Origin: Myxococcota bacterium
GTDB taxonomy: Bacteria; Myxococcota_A; UBA9042; PHBI01; JAWLBL01
Reading direction: 5' to 3'
Length of the DNA stretch: 60,379 bases
Assembly: GCA_041687695.1 (NCBI GenBank)
Contig: JAWLBL010000034.1
Location: 1-60,379 of the forward strand
Below are positions 48,998 to 57,216 of this stretch, piece by piece. A model generated the notes under the pieces. That model ran no database searches and had not been told where the DNA came from. It worked only from the letters and a program-made list of their open reading frames with translations. Both the position numbers and the translations under genes were made by a program. Positions within the stretch are counted from its first letter, which is position 1. The number at the start of each line of letters is the position of its first letter.

Positions 48998-50269
48998 ATG
49001 GACGCGACCGCAAACCTCGATGTTCACGCCTCGTTCCGGCCCGTCCCGCGGACCGGCGTCATCTACGTCATGCACGAGGCGGCGCAGCGCGGCTTCGTCT
49101 ACGGGCACCCGGACTGGGCCAACCTGGGCCAGGGCGCGCCCGAGACCGACGCCCTGCCCGGCTCGACGCCGCGGGTCACGTCGATCGATCTGGACCCGAC
49201 CGTCAACGAGTACGCCCCGGTCGCCGGCCTGCCCGCCCTGCGCGAGGCGGTCGCCGAGCTGTACAACGCCCGCTACCGCCGCGGCATGGGCTCGAAGTAC
49301 ACGGCCGACAACGTCGCCATCTCGGCGGGCGGCCGCGCGGGCCTCGCGCGCCTCGCGGCCTCGCTGGGCCAGATCCACCTGGGCCACTTCCTGCCCGACT
49401 ACACGGCCTACGAGGAGCTGCTCGACATCTTCCGCGCCTTCGTGCCGATGCCCATCGTGCTCGACCGCGCGTCGGGCTTTTGCATCACGCCCGACCGGCT
49501 GCGCAGCGAGATCGTCGGCAAGGGGCTGGGCGCCCTGCTCCTGTCCAACCCCTGCAACCCGACCGGCCAGGTGGTCCGAGGCGGCGCCCTGCGCGCCTGG
49601 GTCGACATCTGCCGCGAGACGTCCTGCACCCTCATCCTCGACGAGTTCTACGCCCACTACCTGTACGGCGACGTCGCCCGCTCCGAGGCCCCCGCCTGCA
49701 GCGCCGCCCGCTACGTCGAGGACGTCGACCAGGACCCGGTGGTCATCGTCGACGGCCTGACCAAGAACTGGCGCTACCCCGGCTGGCGCCTGTCCTGGAC
49801 GGTCGGCCCGCGCGACGTCATCGAGCGCCTCACCTCCGCCGGCAGCTTCCTGGACGGCGGCGCCCCCCACCCCATCCAGCGCGCCGCCCTGCCCCTGGTC
49901 ACGCAAGAGGTCGCCGACCAGGAGGCCCGCGCCATCCAGCGCGCCTTCGGCCAAAAACGCGAGCTGATGGTCGAGCGCGTCCGCGCCATGGGCTTCGGCC
50001 TGCCGGCGGCCCCCTCGGGCGCCTTCTACTGCTTCGTCTCGCTCGACAACCTGCCGCCCAGGCTGCGCGACGGCATGGCCTTCTTCCGCGCCGCCCTCGA
50101 CAAGCAGGTCATCGTCGTCCCCGGCGAGTTCTTCGACGTCAACCCGGGCAAGCGACGCAGCCACATCCCCTCGCGCCTCAAGCAGTTCGTCCGCCTGTCC
50201 TTCGGCCCCGAGATGGAGACGGTCGCCTCCGGCCTCGACCGCCTCGACGCCCTCATCCGCGAGGCCTGA
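48998..50269 (+). CDS. PLP-dependent aminotransferase, class I/II
   Basis: NLGQGAPE, SNPCNPTG, ILDEFY, DGLTKNWRYPGWR (PLP Lys) and FVRLSF. Confidence 0.93.
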   Translation: MDATANLDVHASFRPVPRTGVIYVMHEAAQRGFVYGHPDWANLGQGAPETDALPGSTPRVTSIDLDPTVNEYAPVAGLPALREAVAELYNARYRRGMGSKYTADNVAISAGGRAGLARLAASLGQIHLGHFLPDYTAYEELLDIFRAFVPMPIVLDRASGFCITPDRLRSEIVGKGLGALLLSNPCNPTGQVVRGGALRAWVDICRETSCTLILDEFYAHYLYGDVARSEAPACSAARYVEDVDQDPVVIVDGLTKNWRYPGWRLSWTVGPRDVIERLTSAGSFLDGGAPHPIQRAALPLVTQEVADQEARAIQRAFGQKRELMVERVRAMGFGLPAAPSGAFYCFVSLDNLPPRLRDGMAFFRAALDKQVIVVPGEFFDVNPGKRRSHIPSRLKQFVRLSFGPEMETVASGLDRLDALIREA

Positions 50270-50674
50270 CCCGCTCGCGACCGTCCGCGCCCGCGCCGCC
50301 CCCCTGGAGTGCCCTCGCTCGCGAGGGCTCGTTGGATCAGCGCCGCTCGCGGCGCTCCCCAAGGCCGAGCCCCCAACGACTCCCGGATCTGCCCCTCCAG
50401 CGGCTCGTCCTGCATGGCCACCAAGGCCTCGACCCGCTCGCGACCGTCCGCGCCCGCACTCGGAGTGCCCTCGCTCGCGAGGGCTCGTTGGATCAGCGCC
50501 GCTCGCGGCGCTCCCCAAGGCCGAGCCCCCAACGACTCCCGGATCTGCCCCTCCAGCGGCTCGTCCTGCATGGCCACCAAGGCCTCGACCCGCTCGCGAC
50601 CGTCCGCGCCCACGCCCCCCTGGAGTGCCCTCGCTCGCGAGGGCTCGTTGGATCAGCGCCGCTCGCGGCGCTCC
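50268..50674. repeat. Tandem repeat of ~156-163 bp (about 2.6 copies), each with a GGAG REP-like double hairpin and a diverged copy of the 3' end of the adjacent HEAT-lipoprotein gene
   Basis: Units start at 50268, 50431 and 50587. The REP-like GGAGTGCCCTCGCTCGCGAGGGCTC...AGCGCCGCTCGCGGCGCTCC occurs at 50306, 50462 and 50622. Confidence 0.9.
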
Positions 50675-51712
50675 CTAAGGCCGAGCCGCCAACAACTCGC
50701 GGATCTGATCGAAGAGCGGGTCATCCTGCATGTCGAGGAGGCGCTCGAGCATCTTGCGCCCGGGCTCGCCCTGCTTGGCCAGGCCGCGCATCGCCGCGTA
50801 ACGAACGAAGCGGTTCTTGTCACGGGCCGTCATCGCTTGAAGCGCCAAGATGTCATCCTCGACGGGAGCCACCAGCAGCACCGCCGCGAGGTTCTGCGTC
50901 ACCCGGTCGGTGACGGGGCTCTGGACCAGCCGCTCCAGATGCGGCGCCAGCCCCGGCGCGAGGGAGGCGAAGTCGGTCCGCAGCCGCGCGGCGGCTCGCT
51001 CGCGGGCGGCCTGGTCGGCGCTCGAGACCAGCTCGTTCAGCAGCGCGACCACCTCGGCGGGCAGCTCGTCGGCCGGCATGCCCTCGACCGCCTTCTGGGT
51101 GAACGGGCGCACGGCCGGGTCGGCCTTGCCCAGCGCGTCCAGCAGCGCCTTGTGGCCGGGGCCGCCCAGGGCCGCCAGGAGCTCGACCGCCTGCCGCTGC
51201 AGGAACGGTTGGTGGGTCGAGCGGGCCATGCGGGCCAGCGCCTCGGGGTCGAAGCGGTGGTGCTCGGCCAGGAAGATGGCGGCGTACGCGCGGTGCGGGT
51301 CGGGCAGGTCGGCGAAGGTCAGCGCGCGCAGGGCCGGCAGGGCGTCGGCGCCGAGACGGGCCAGGGCCATGGTCGCCTGCATCACCTTGGGGCGGGGCTC
51401 CTCGGGCAGGCCGCGGATCCCGTCGTAGGCCTGCTTGACCTCGGGCGGCCAGGCCGCCGGGTCGGCGTCGGGATCGGGGCCGAAGGCGTCCTCGGGGACG
51501 GGGATCACCGGCTTGGGCGGCGTGGCCGTGGCCGTCGCCTCGGCCGTCGCCTCGGGGGCAGCGCCGGGCTCGGTCGCCGGGGCCTGGGCGGCCGGCGCGG
51601 CGGTGGGCGCCTGGGCCGGGGCCGCCGGCGCGGGCTCGGAGCGCTTGCAGGCCGGGGCGCCGAGCAGCAGCGCGGCGGCGAACAGGGCGGGCGACGACTT
51701 CCAGATGCGCAT
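50675..51712 (-). CDS. HEAT-repeat lipoprotein
   Basis: GGAGG RBS, lipobox GAPAC, Ala/Pro/Thr linker and HEAT-like repeats (QRQAVELLAALG, FVRYAAMRGLAKQG). Confidence 0.8.
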   Translation of the reverse strand: MRIWKSSPALFAAALLLGAPACKRSEPAPAAPAQAPTAAPAAQAPATEPGAAPEATAEATATATPPKPVIPVPEDAFGPDPDADPAAWPPEVKQAYDGIRGLPEEPRPKVMQATMALARLGADALPALRALTFADLPDPHRAYAAIFLAEHHRFDPEALARMARSTHQPFLQRQAVELLAALGGPGHKALLDALGKADPAVRPFTQKAVEGMPADELPAEVVALLNELVSSADQAARERAAARLRTDFASLAPGLAPHLERLVQSPVTDRVTQNLAAVLLVAPVEDDILALQAMTARDKNRFVRYAAMRGLAKQGEPGRKMLERLLDMQDDPLFDQIRELLAARP

Positions 51713-51859
51713 GGGGCCTCCTCCGGCGGGGAACGTAGCCGAGGGCACGGCCAGCGGCAATCGACCGGCCTGCGCGGCACCCGCGTGCCGCCTACCTGCC
51801 CGCTGCGCATTGGTCGCGCGGAGTGGTCGCGGCGACGACGGCATGCTACAGGGCGCCCC

Positions 51860-52276
51860 ATGGTACACACGACGTCGCTGACGATCCCGACCCGCGGGCG
51901 AGGCACCTACGACATCACCCGCGAGGTGCAGCGCGCGGTCGCGCAGTCCGGCGCGTCGACCGGGCTGTGCCACCTGTTCGTCCACCACACCAGCGCGTCG
52001 CTGCTCATCTGCGAGAACGCCGACCCGGACGTGCGCCGCGACCTCGAGGGCTGGCTCGAGCGGCTGGCGCCCGACGGGGACCCGCGCTACGCCCATGACG
52101 CCGAGGGGCCCGACGACATGTCGGCGCACCTGCGCAGCGTCCTGACGTCGGTGTCGCTGTCGGTGCCGGTGGCGGGCGGGCGGTGCGACCTGGGGACGTG
52201 GCAGGGCCTGTACCTGTACGAGCACCGGACCGCGCCCCACCAGCGGCGGGTCACGATCACCGTTCTGGGCGCCTGA
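51860..52276 (+). CDS. yjbQ: Secondary thiamine-phosphate synthase / UPF0047 protein
   Basis: HTSASLLI.ENADPDV..DL, Y.H..EGPDDM.AH, LGTWQG..L.EHR. Confidence 0.93.
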   Translation: MVHTTSLTIPTRGRGTYDITREVQRAVAQSGASTGLCHLFVHHTSASLLICENADPDVRRDLEGWLERLAPDGDPRYAHDAEGPDDMSAHLRSVLTSVSLSVPVAGGRCDLGTWQGLYLYEHRTAPHQRRVTITVLGA

Positions 52277-53312
52277 CCGGCGGCGCCGTGGCGTCGGCCG
52301 CGGCCACGGGACGCAGCTCGTCCAGCTCGGGCTCGAGGCGCGCGCGCACCAGGCGCGTCAGCTCGCCCCAGCGGCTCGGGACCAGGTGCGTGCCGTCGTG
52401 CTCGACCCACTCGACGGCCGGGTGGCGGGCGCGCACGCGGGCGACCTGCGCCAGCGGCACCATGACGTCGTTGCGCTGGGCGACCACCGTCATGCGCGCC
52501 GGGTCGGTCGCGGGCTCGTGGGCCAGCGGGTCCAGCCAGGCCAGGTCGTCCATGTCGAAGTCCCGACGCACCCGCCCCAGCGCCCCCGCCATCAACGGCG
52601 TGGCGTAGCGCATCACGCCCAGCTCACTGCAGGTCTGGCGCACGCACACCACCGGGCAGTACAGCACCGCGCGCCGCAGCGGATGGCAGTTGGCCAGGTG
52701 CAGCGCCAGCTGGCCTCCGACCGAGTACCCCAGGACGGACACGCTGTCGTATCCGAAGGTGGCCACCAGCGATCGGGTCAGCGACCGCAACCCCGTGATG
52801 GCCGAGCGGAAGCTGTGGACCATGTCCGACAGCCGCGGGCTCGCCAGCCCGGCCCCCGGCCAGGCGACGTAGCTGCCGAAGTAGTGGTGGTTCATCACGT
52901 TGTAGACCACGTCGACGCCGTGCAGCTGGCCCAGCCCGAAGAGCCGCTGCATGAACCCGGCGAACGGCACGCCGTAGCAGTGACACACGACCACCACGTG
53001 CCGGCTGCGCCTCGCCGCCGGCCGCGCCATCCAGGCCACCACGCGGTCGCGCGCCCTCGCCTCCCCCGGCCGGCGATACGGGTTGTCCAGGACCAGGCGC
53101 CCGCCCGCCGCGACGCGGACCTCCTGCACCTCGCCCGGAAACTCCTTGTATAGCCCGAAGGCCTCTATATCCTCTCGCAGCCGCTGGCGACCCGGGTCCC
53201 GCCACAGGGTCTGCGGTCGCCGGAACGCGTAGGCCAGCTCGCCCAGCGACCACACGCTCGTGAAGGCGACCTCCAGGCCCCAGGTGGCCCTGGACAAGGC
53301 GCGTTGCAGCAT
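52257..53312 (-). CDS. Alpha/beta hydrolase (ABHD18-like)
   Basis: Nucleophile elbow GYSVGG, QRNDVMVP (Asp) and DGTH (His). Confidence 0.75.
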   Translation of the reverse strand: MLQRALSRATWGLEVAFTSVWSLGELAYAFRRPQTLWRDPGRQRLREDIEAFGLYKEFPGEVQEVRVAAGGRLVLDNPYRRPGEARARDRVVAWMARPAARRSRHVVVVCHCYGVPFAGFMQRLFGLGQLHGVDVVYNVMNHHYFGSYVAWPGAGLASPRLSDMVHSFRSAITGLRSLTRSLVATFGYDSVSVLGYSVGGQLALHLANCHPLRRAVLYCPVVCVRQTCSELGVMRYATPLMAGALGRVRRDFDMDDLAWLDPLAHEPATDPARMTVVAQRNDVMVPLAQVARVRARHPAVEWVEHDGTHLVPSRWGELTRLVRARLEPELDELRPVAAADATAPPVRRPER

Positions 53313-53399
53313 GATGGCCTCGCTCACAGGCTCGTTCGTCAGGGCCTTCAGGATGACCCTCGCCCACACCGCCCACAAGGCCCCGGTCCCGTCGCGCTG

Positions 53400-55709
53400 A
53401 TGCCCACCCTCGAGCCGCTCATCACGGGCCGCGAAGCCCGCCAGCTCGGCCGCGCCCTGGCCGTCTACGGCCTCGTCGGCGTCGCGGCCGGCCTGATGGC
53501 CGTCGTCTTCGAGGAGATGATCGACTGGGTGAGCGAGCTGCTCGGCGTCGTCCCCGCCCGCTACACCTTCGCGACCGAGGACGCGCTCATCGTCGGCCTC
53601 GACTTCGGCCAGCCCTTCCCCTGGCACATCCTGCTCATCCCGGCCCTCGGCGCCCTCGCCTCCGGCCTCATCTGCGCCTGGCTCGCCCCCGAGGCCATGG
53701 GCTCCGGCGGCGGCCAGGTCATCGACGCCTACCACCGCCGCCAGGGCCGCATCCGCCACCGCGTCCCGGTCGTCAAGTCCGTCGCCAGCGCCATCACCAT
53801 CGGCTCGGGCGGCTCCGCCGGCTACGAGGGCCCCATCTCGCAGATCGCCGCGGGCATCGGCGCCGTCGTCAGCGACCGCCTCCGCCTGACCGCCCGCGAG
53901 CGCCGCATCATCATCGTCGCCGGCATGGCCGCCGGCGTCGGCGCCGTCTTCCACTCCCCGCTCGCCGCCGCCATCCTCGCCGCCGAGATCCTCTACTCCG
54001 ACATCGACCTCGAGCACGAGGTCCTCGCCCCCTCCATCATCACCTCGACCATCGCCTTCGCCGTCTTCGGCGCCGTCCGCGGCTGGGAGCCCGCCTTCAC
54101 CACCCCCGCCCACGGCTTCGAGCACTACTCGCAGCTCGGCGCCTACGCCGTCCTCGCCCTGGCGGTCGCCCTGGGCGCCATCGGCTTCGTCCACACGGTC
54201 ACCTTCTTCCGCCGCCACCTCGGCAAGGCCCAGCGCCTGCCCCTGTGGCTCCGCCCCGCCATCGGCGGCCTGGGCGTCGGCGCCGTCGGCCTCTTCGTCC
54301 CGCAGGCCCTGGGCAGCGGCTACGGCATCATCCAGGTCGCCCTCGACGGCCGCGTCGGCCCGCTCCTGCTCCTGCTCCTGGCCGTCACCAAGACCCTCAC
54401 CAGCGCCCTGACCACCGGCTCCGGCGGCTCGGGCGGCCTCTTCGCGCCGGCCTTCGTCGTCGGCGGCGCCCTGGGCGGCGCGGTGGGCCTCGCCGCCGCC
54501 GCCCTCTTCCCGGGCCTGCAGATCGCCCCCGCCACCTTCGTGGTCGTCGGCATGGCCGCCTTCCTGGGCGCCGTCATGCGCGTCCCGCTGGGCGCCGTCA
54601 TCATGGTCGCCGAGCTGACCGGCGACTACCAGCTGCTCGTCCCCGCCCTGTGGGTCTGCATCCTGGCGTGGCTCCTGACCCGCCGCCACCGCCTGTACCC
54701 GCAGCAGGTCCCCAGCCGCTTCGACGCGCCCGGGCAGCTCTCCGACATGATGGGCGAGGTCCTGCGCCGCGTCTCGGTCCGCGAGGCCATGGACCCGCAC
54801 AAGGGCGCCCCGGTCACCGTCGCCCCCGACATGCCCATCGGAGAGGTCCTCGCCTGCTTCGCCTCGACCCCGCAGGCCGTCTTCCCCATCGTCCGCCCGC
54901 AGACGGGCGCCCTCCTCGGCGTCGTCGACGGCCACGCCCTGCGCCGGACCCTGCAGGAGACCGGCCACGAGGCCATGCTCATCGCCCACGACTTCGCCTC
55001 GCCGGCCGTCTCGGTGCGCCCCGTCGACACGCTCTACGACGCCATCGCCAGCATGACCGCCAGCGGCTACGACGAGCTGGTCGTCGTCTCGACCGAGGAC
55101 CCCGGCCAGCTGGCGGGCATCCTGACCCGCCGCGAGATCATCGCCGCCTATCACCGCCGGATGCTGGGCGCCGAGGCCGAGGCCATGGGCCGCCCCCGCC
55201 CCGCCGCCCCGCCCGCCCCCGAGCCGCCGCCCGCCGCCGGCCCCGAGGCCATCCCGCAGGCCCTCGACCGAGGCGCCATCGTCCGCCTCGAGGGCGGCGG
55301 CGACCGCGACCAGGCCCTGGCCCGCCTGGTGGCCCGCGCCCCGCTGCCCGAGACCATCGACCGCGACCGCCTGCTCGCGGCGCTCATCGAGCGCGAGGCG
55401 CTGGGCTCGACCGGCATCGGCGACGGCCTGGCCATCCCGCACCCCAGCGGCGAGCTGCTGGGCGGCCACACGCAGCCGCTCATCCTCGTGGGGCTGCTCT
55501 GGCAGCCCGTGCCGTGGAACGCCCTCGACGGCGTCCCGGTCGACACGGTCTGCGTGCTGCTGACGCCCAGCGGCGTCACGCACCTGCGCCTGCTGTCGCA
55601 CCTCGCGCGGACCCTGTCCGACCCCACCCTGCGCGGGCTGCTGCGCGACAAGGCGCCCGACGAGGAGATCGCCGCGCGCGTCGCCGAGCTGGCGGCCCAG
55701 GTGGCCTGA
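53400..55709 (+). CDS. ClC chloride channel/transporter with two CBS domains and a C-terminal PTS EIIA (type 2) domain
   Basis: GSGGG, GYEGP and GLFAP ClC motifs, a CBS pair, and EIIA signature REALGSTGIGDGLAIPH. Confidence 0.9.
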   Translation: MPTLEPLITGREARQLGRALAVYGLVGVAAGLMAVVFEEMIDWVSELLGVVPARYTFATEDALIVGLDFGQPFPWHILLIPALGALASGLICAWLAPEAMGSGGGQVIDAYHRRQGRIRHRVPVVKSVASAITIGSGGSAGYEGPISQIAAGIGAVVSDRLRLTARERRIIIVAGMAAGVGAVFHSPLAAAILAAEILYSDIDLEHEVLAPSIITSTIAFAVFGAVRGWEPAFTTPAHGFEHYSQLGAYAVLALAVALGAIGFVHTVTFFRRHLGKAQRLPLWLRPAIGGLGVGAVGLFVPQALGSGYGIIQVALDGRVGPLLLLLLAVTKTLTSALTTGSGGSGGLFAPAFVVGGALGGAVGLAAAALFPGLQIAPATFVVVGMAAFLGAVMRVPLGAVIMVAELTGDYQLLVPALWVCILAWLLTRRHRLYPQQVPSRFDAPGQLSDMMGEVLRRVSVREAMDPHKGAPVTVAPDMPIGEVLACFASTPQAVFPIVRPQTGALLGVVDGHALRRTLQETGHEAMLIAHDFASPAVSVRPVDTLYDAIASMTASGYDELVVVSTEDPGQLAGILTRREIIAAYHRRMLGAEAEAMGRPRPAAPPAPEPPPAAGPEAIPQALDRGAIVRLEGGGDRDQALARLVARAPLPETIDRDRLLAALIEREALGSTGIGDGLAIPHPSGELLGGHTQPLILVGLLWQPVPWNALDGVPVDTVCVLLTPSGVTHLRLLSHLARTLSDPTLRGLLRDKAPDEEIAARVAELAAQVA

Positions 55710-55799
55710 CAGGCGCGCGTCCATAAGGTTTCCGGGTGCTTGCGCCCCCTTGGGGCTGGAGCACTTCCGAGCCATCGGACGCCCGACGAGGAGGACGCC

Positions 55800-56054
55800 A
55801 TGCAGCAGGACCACTACGACCGCCAGGCGCTGGACAGCCGCATCTCGAAGCTGCGCCACGGGCTGGACTCGCTGTCCAACCAGCTGCGCGAGGACGTCTC
55901 GAAGACCAGCGACCCACGCGCCGAGGCGCTGTTCGAGACCACGGCCGAGGTCCTGCGCGGCCTGCTCAAGGCCTTCGAGCACTTCGCCGAGGGCAGCGAG
56001 GCGGCCTGGCGGCCCGGGCCCGGCCAGCAGCGCCCGGATCACCCGCGGCGCTGA
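55800..56054 (+). CDS. Small conserved hypothetical helical protein
   Basis: GAGGAGG RBS and LREDV.K..DPRA.ALFETTAEVL.GL.KAF motif. Confidence 0.75.
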   Translation: MQQDHYDRQALDSRISKLRHGLDSLSNQLREDVSKTSDPRAEALFETTAEVLRGLLKAFEHFAEGSEAAWRPGPGQQRPDHPRR

Positions 56055-56175
56055 CGCGGCCCCACCCCGAACCGCGCGGCGCGGGCGGCCTCGGCGGCGG
56101 CCCGCGCGCGTGTTTGGGGGTCGACAGCGCGGGCCTCGATCGGTAGTGTGCCCCGTCCCCGGCGGACGCACACGC

Positions 56176-57216
56176 ATGAAGAAGCCCCTATCTATTCCAC
56201 ACCTTGCGGCCTCCTCGGCCGCGGCGCTCGCGCTCGCGCTCGGCCTGCTCGCGGGCTGCGACGGCTCGGCGGCCGAGCCCCCTCCGGCGGACACGGCCCA
56301 GACGCCCGACGAGCGGCCGGCCGACGCCGTCGACCCCGATGGCGCCGTGCCCGACGCCGGCCCTGACGTGACGCCGGTGCCCGCCCTGATCGACGCGCCG
56401 GTCGTCCCCAACGTCTTCGCCGATCTGCAGCAACCCTCCGAGGGGCTGGCCTTCGACGGCCTCGGCGGCCTGTACGTCTCGCGCGGCGCCGAGATCCTGC
56501 GCCTGTCGCCCGACGGAGCCAGCGAGTCGGTCGGCACCCTGCCGCCCGTGCCCGACGGCGCCGGGGCCGGCGCCACCGGCATGGCCGTGGGCCCGGACGG
56601 CGCCCTGTACGTCGCGCGCTACGACGCCGGGCGCATCGACCGCCTGCCGCTCGACGGCGGCGCGGCCACGGTGTTCCTGGACGACGCGGGGCACCCCAAC
56701 GCGCTGACCTTCGCCGCCGACGGCGCCCTCTGGTTCACCGACTCGGGCAGCGGCGGCCAGGCCGACGGGGCCGTCGTCCGGGTGCCTCCTCAGGGCACGC
56801 CCCAGCGCGTCGTCGACGGCGTGACCTACGCCAACGGGATCGCCCTCGACGAGGCCCGGGGCTTCGTCTGGTTCGCCTCCACCAGCCCGGGCAGCCTGCA
56901 CCGCGCGCCGCTCGCGGCCGACGGCGCCGTGGGCGCGCCCGAGCTGGTCAGCGACGACGACGCGCTCGCCGTCGCCGACGGGCTGGCGCTGGCTCCCGAC
57001 GGAGCGGTGCTAGTCGCCGCCTTCGCCCAGGGTGCCATCTACGCCTGGACCTCCGACGGCCTGCGTCTCGTCGTCCACGACCCCGACCAGGGGCGCCTGC
57101 TGGGCATCGCCAGCCTCGCCCTCGCTTCGGGCCCGGGGTTCGCCCCCACCTCCGTCTTCGCCACCAGCCTGCTGTCGCCGACCCTGTTCCAGGCGTCGGT
57201 GCTCGAGGAACCATGA
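56176..57216 (+). CDS. SMP-30/gluconolactonase-like beta-propeller lipoprotein
   Basis: Lipobox LLAGC, PSEG, PNAL...WFTDS, YANGIAL and ADGLAL. Confidence 0.85.
   Translation: MKKPLSIPHLAASSAAALALALGLLAGCDGSAAEPPPADTAQTPDERPADAVDPDGAVPDAGPDVTPVPALIDAPVVPNVFADLQQPSEGLAFDGLGGLYVSRGAEILRLSPDGASESVGTLPPVPDGAGAGATGMAVGPDGALYVARYDAGRIDRLPLDGGAATVFLDDAGHPNALTFAADGALWFTDSGSGGQADGAVVRVPPQGTPQRVVDGVTYANGIALDEARGFVWFASTSPGSLHRAPLAADGAVGAPELVSDDDALAVADGLALAPDGAVLVAAFAQGAIYAWTSDGLRLVVHDPDQGRLLGIASLALASGPGFAPTSVFATSLLSPTLFQASVLEEP

Noticed and set aside
50268..50770. Diversity-generating retroelement TR/VR pair
   Set aside because: Differences between cassette and gene end are not adenine-specific and no reverse transcriptase is present in the window.
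53313..56582. N-terminal 1090 aa of the 1441-aa minus-strand ORF
   Set aside because: Antisense to the ClC and neighbouring genes. Only the last 351 aa (alpha/beta hydrolase) is credible.
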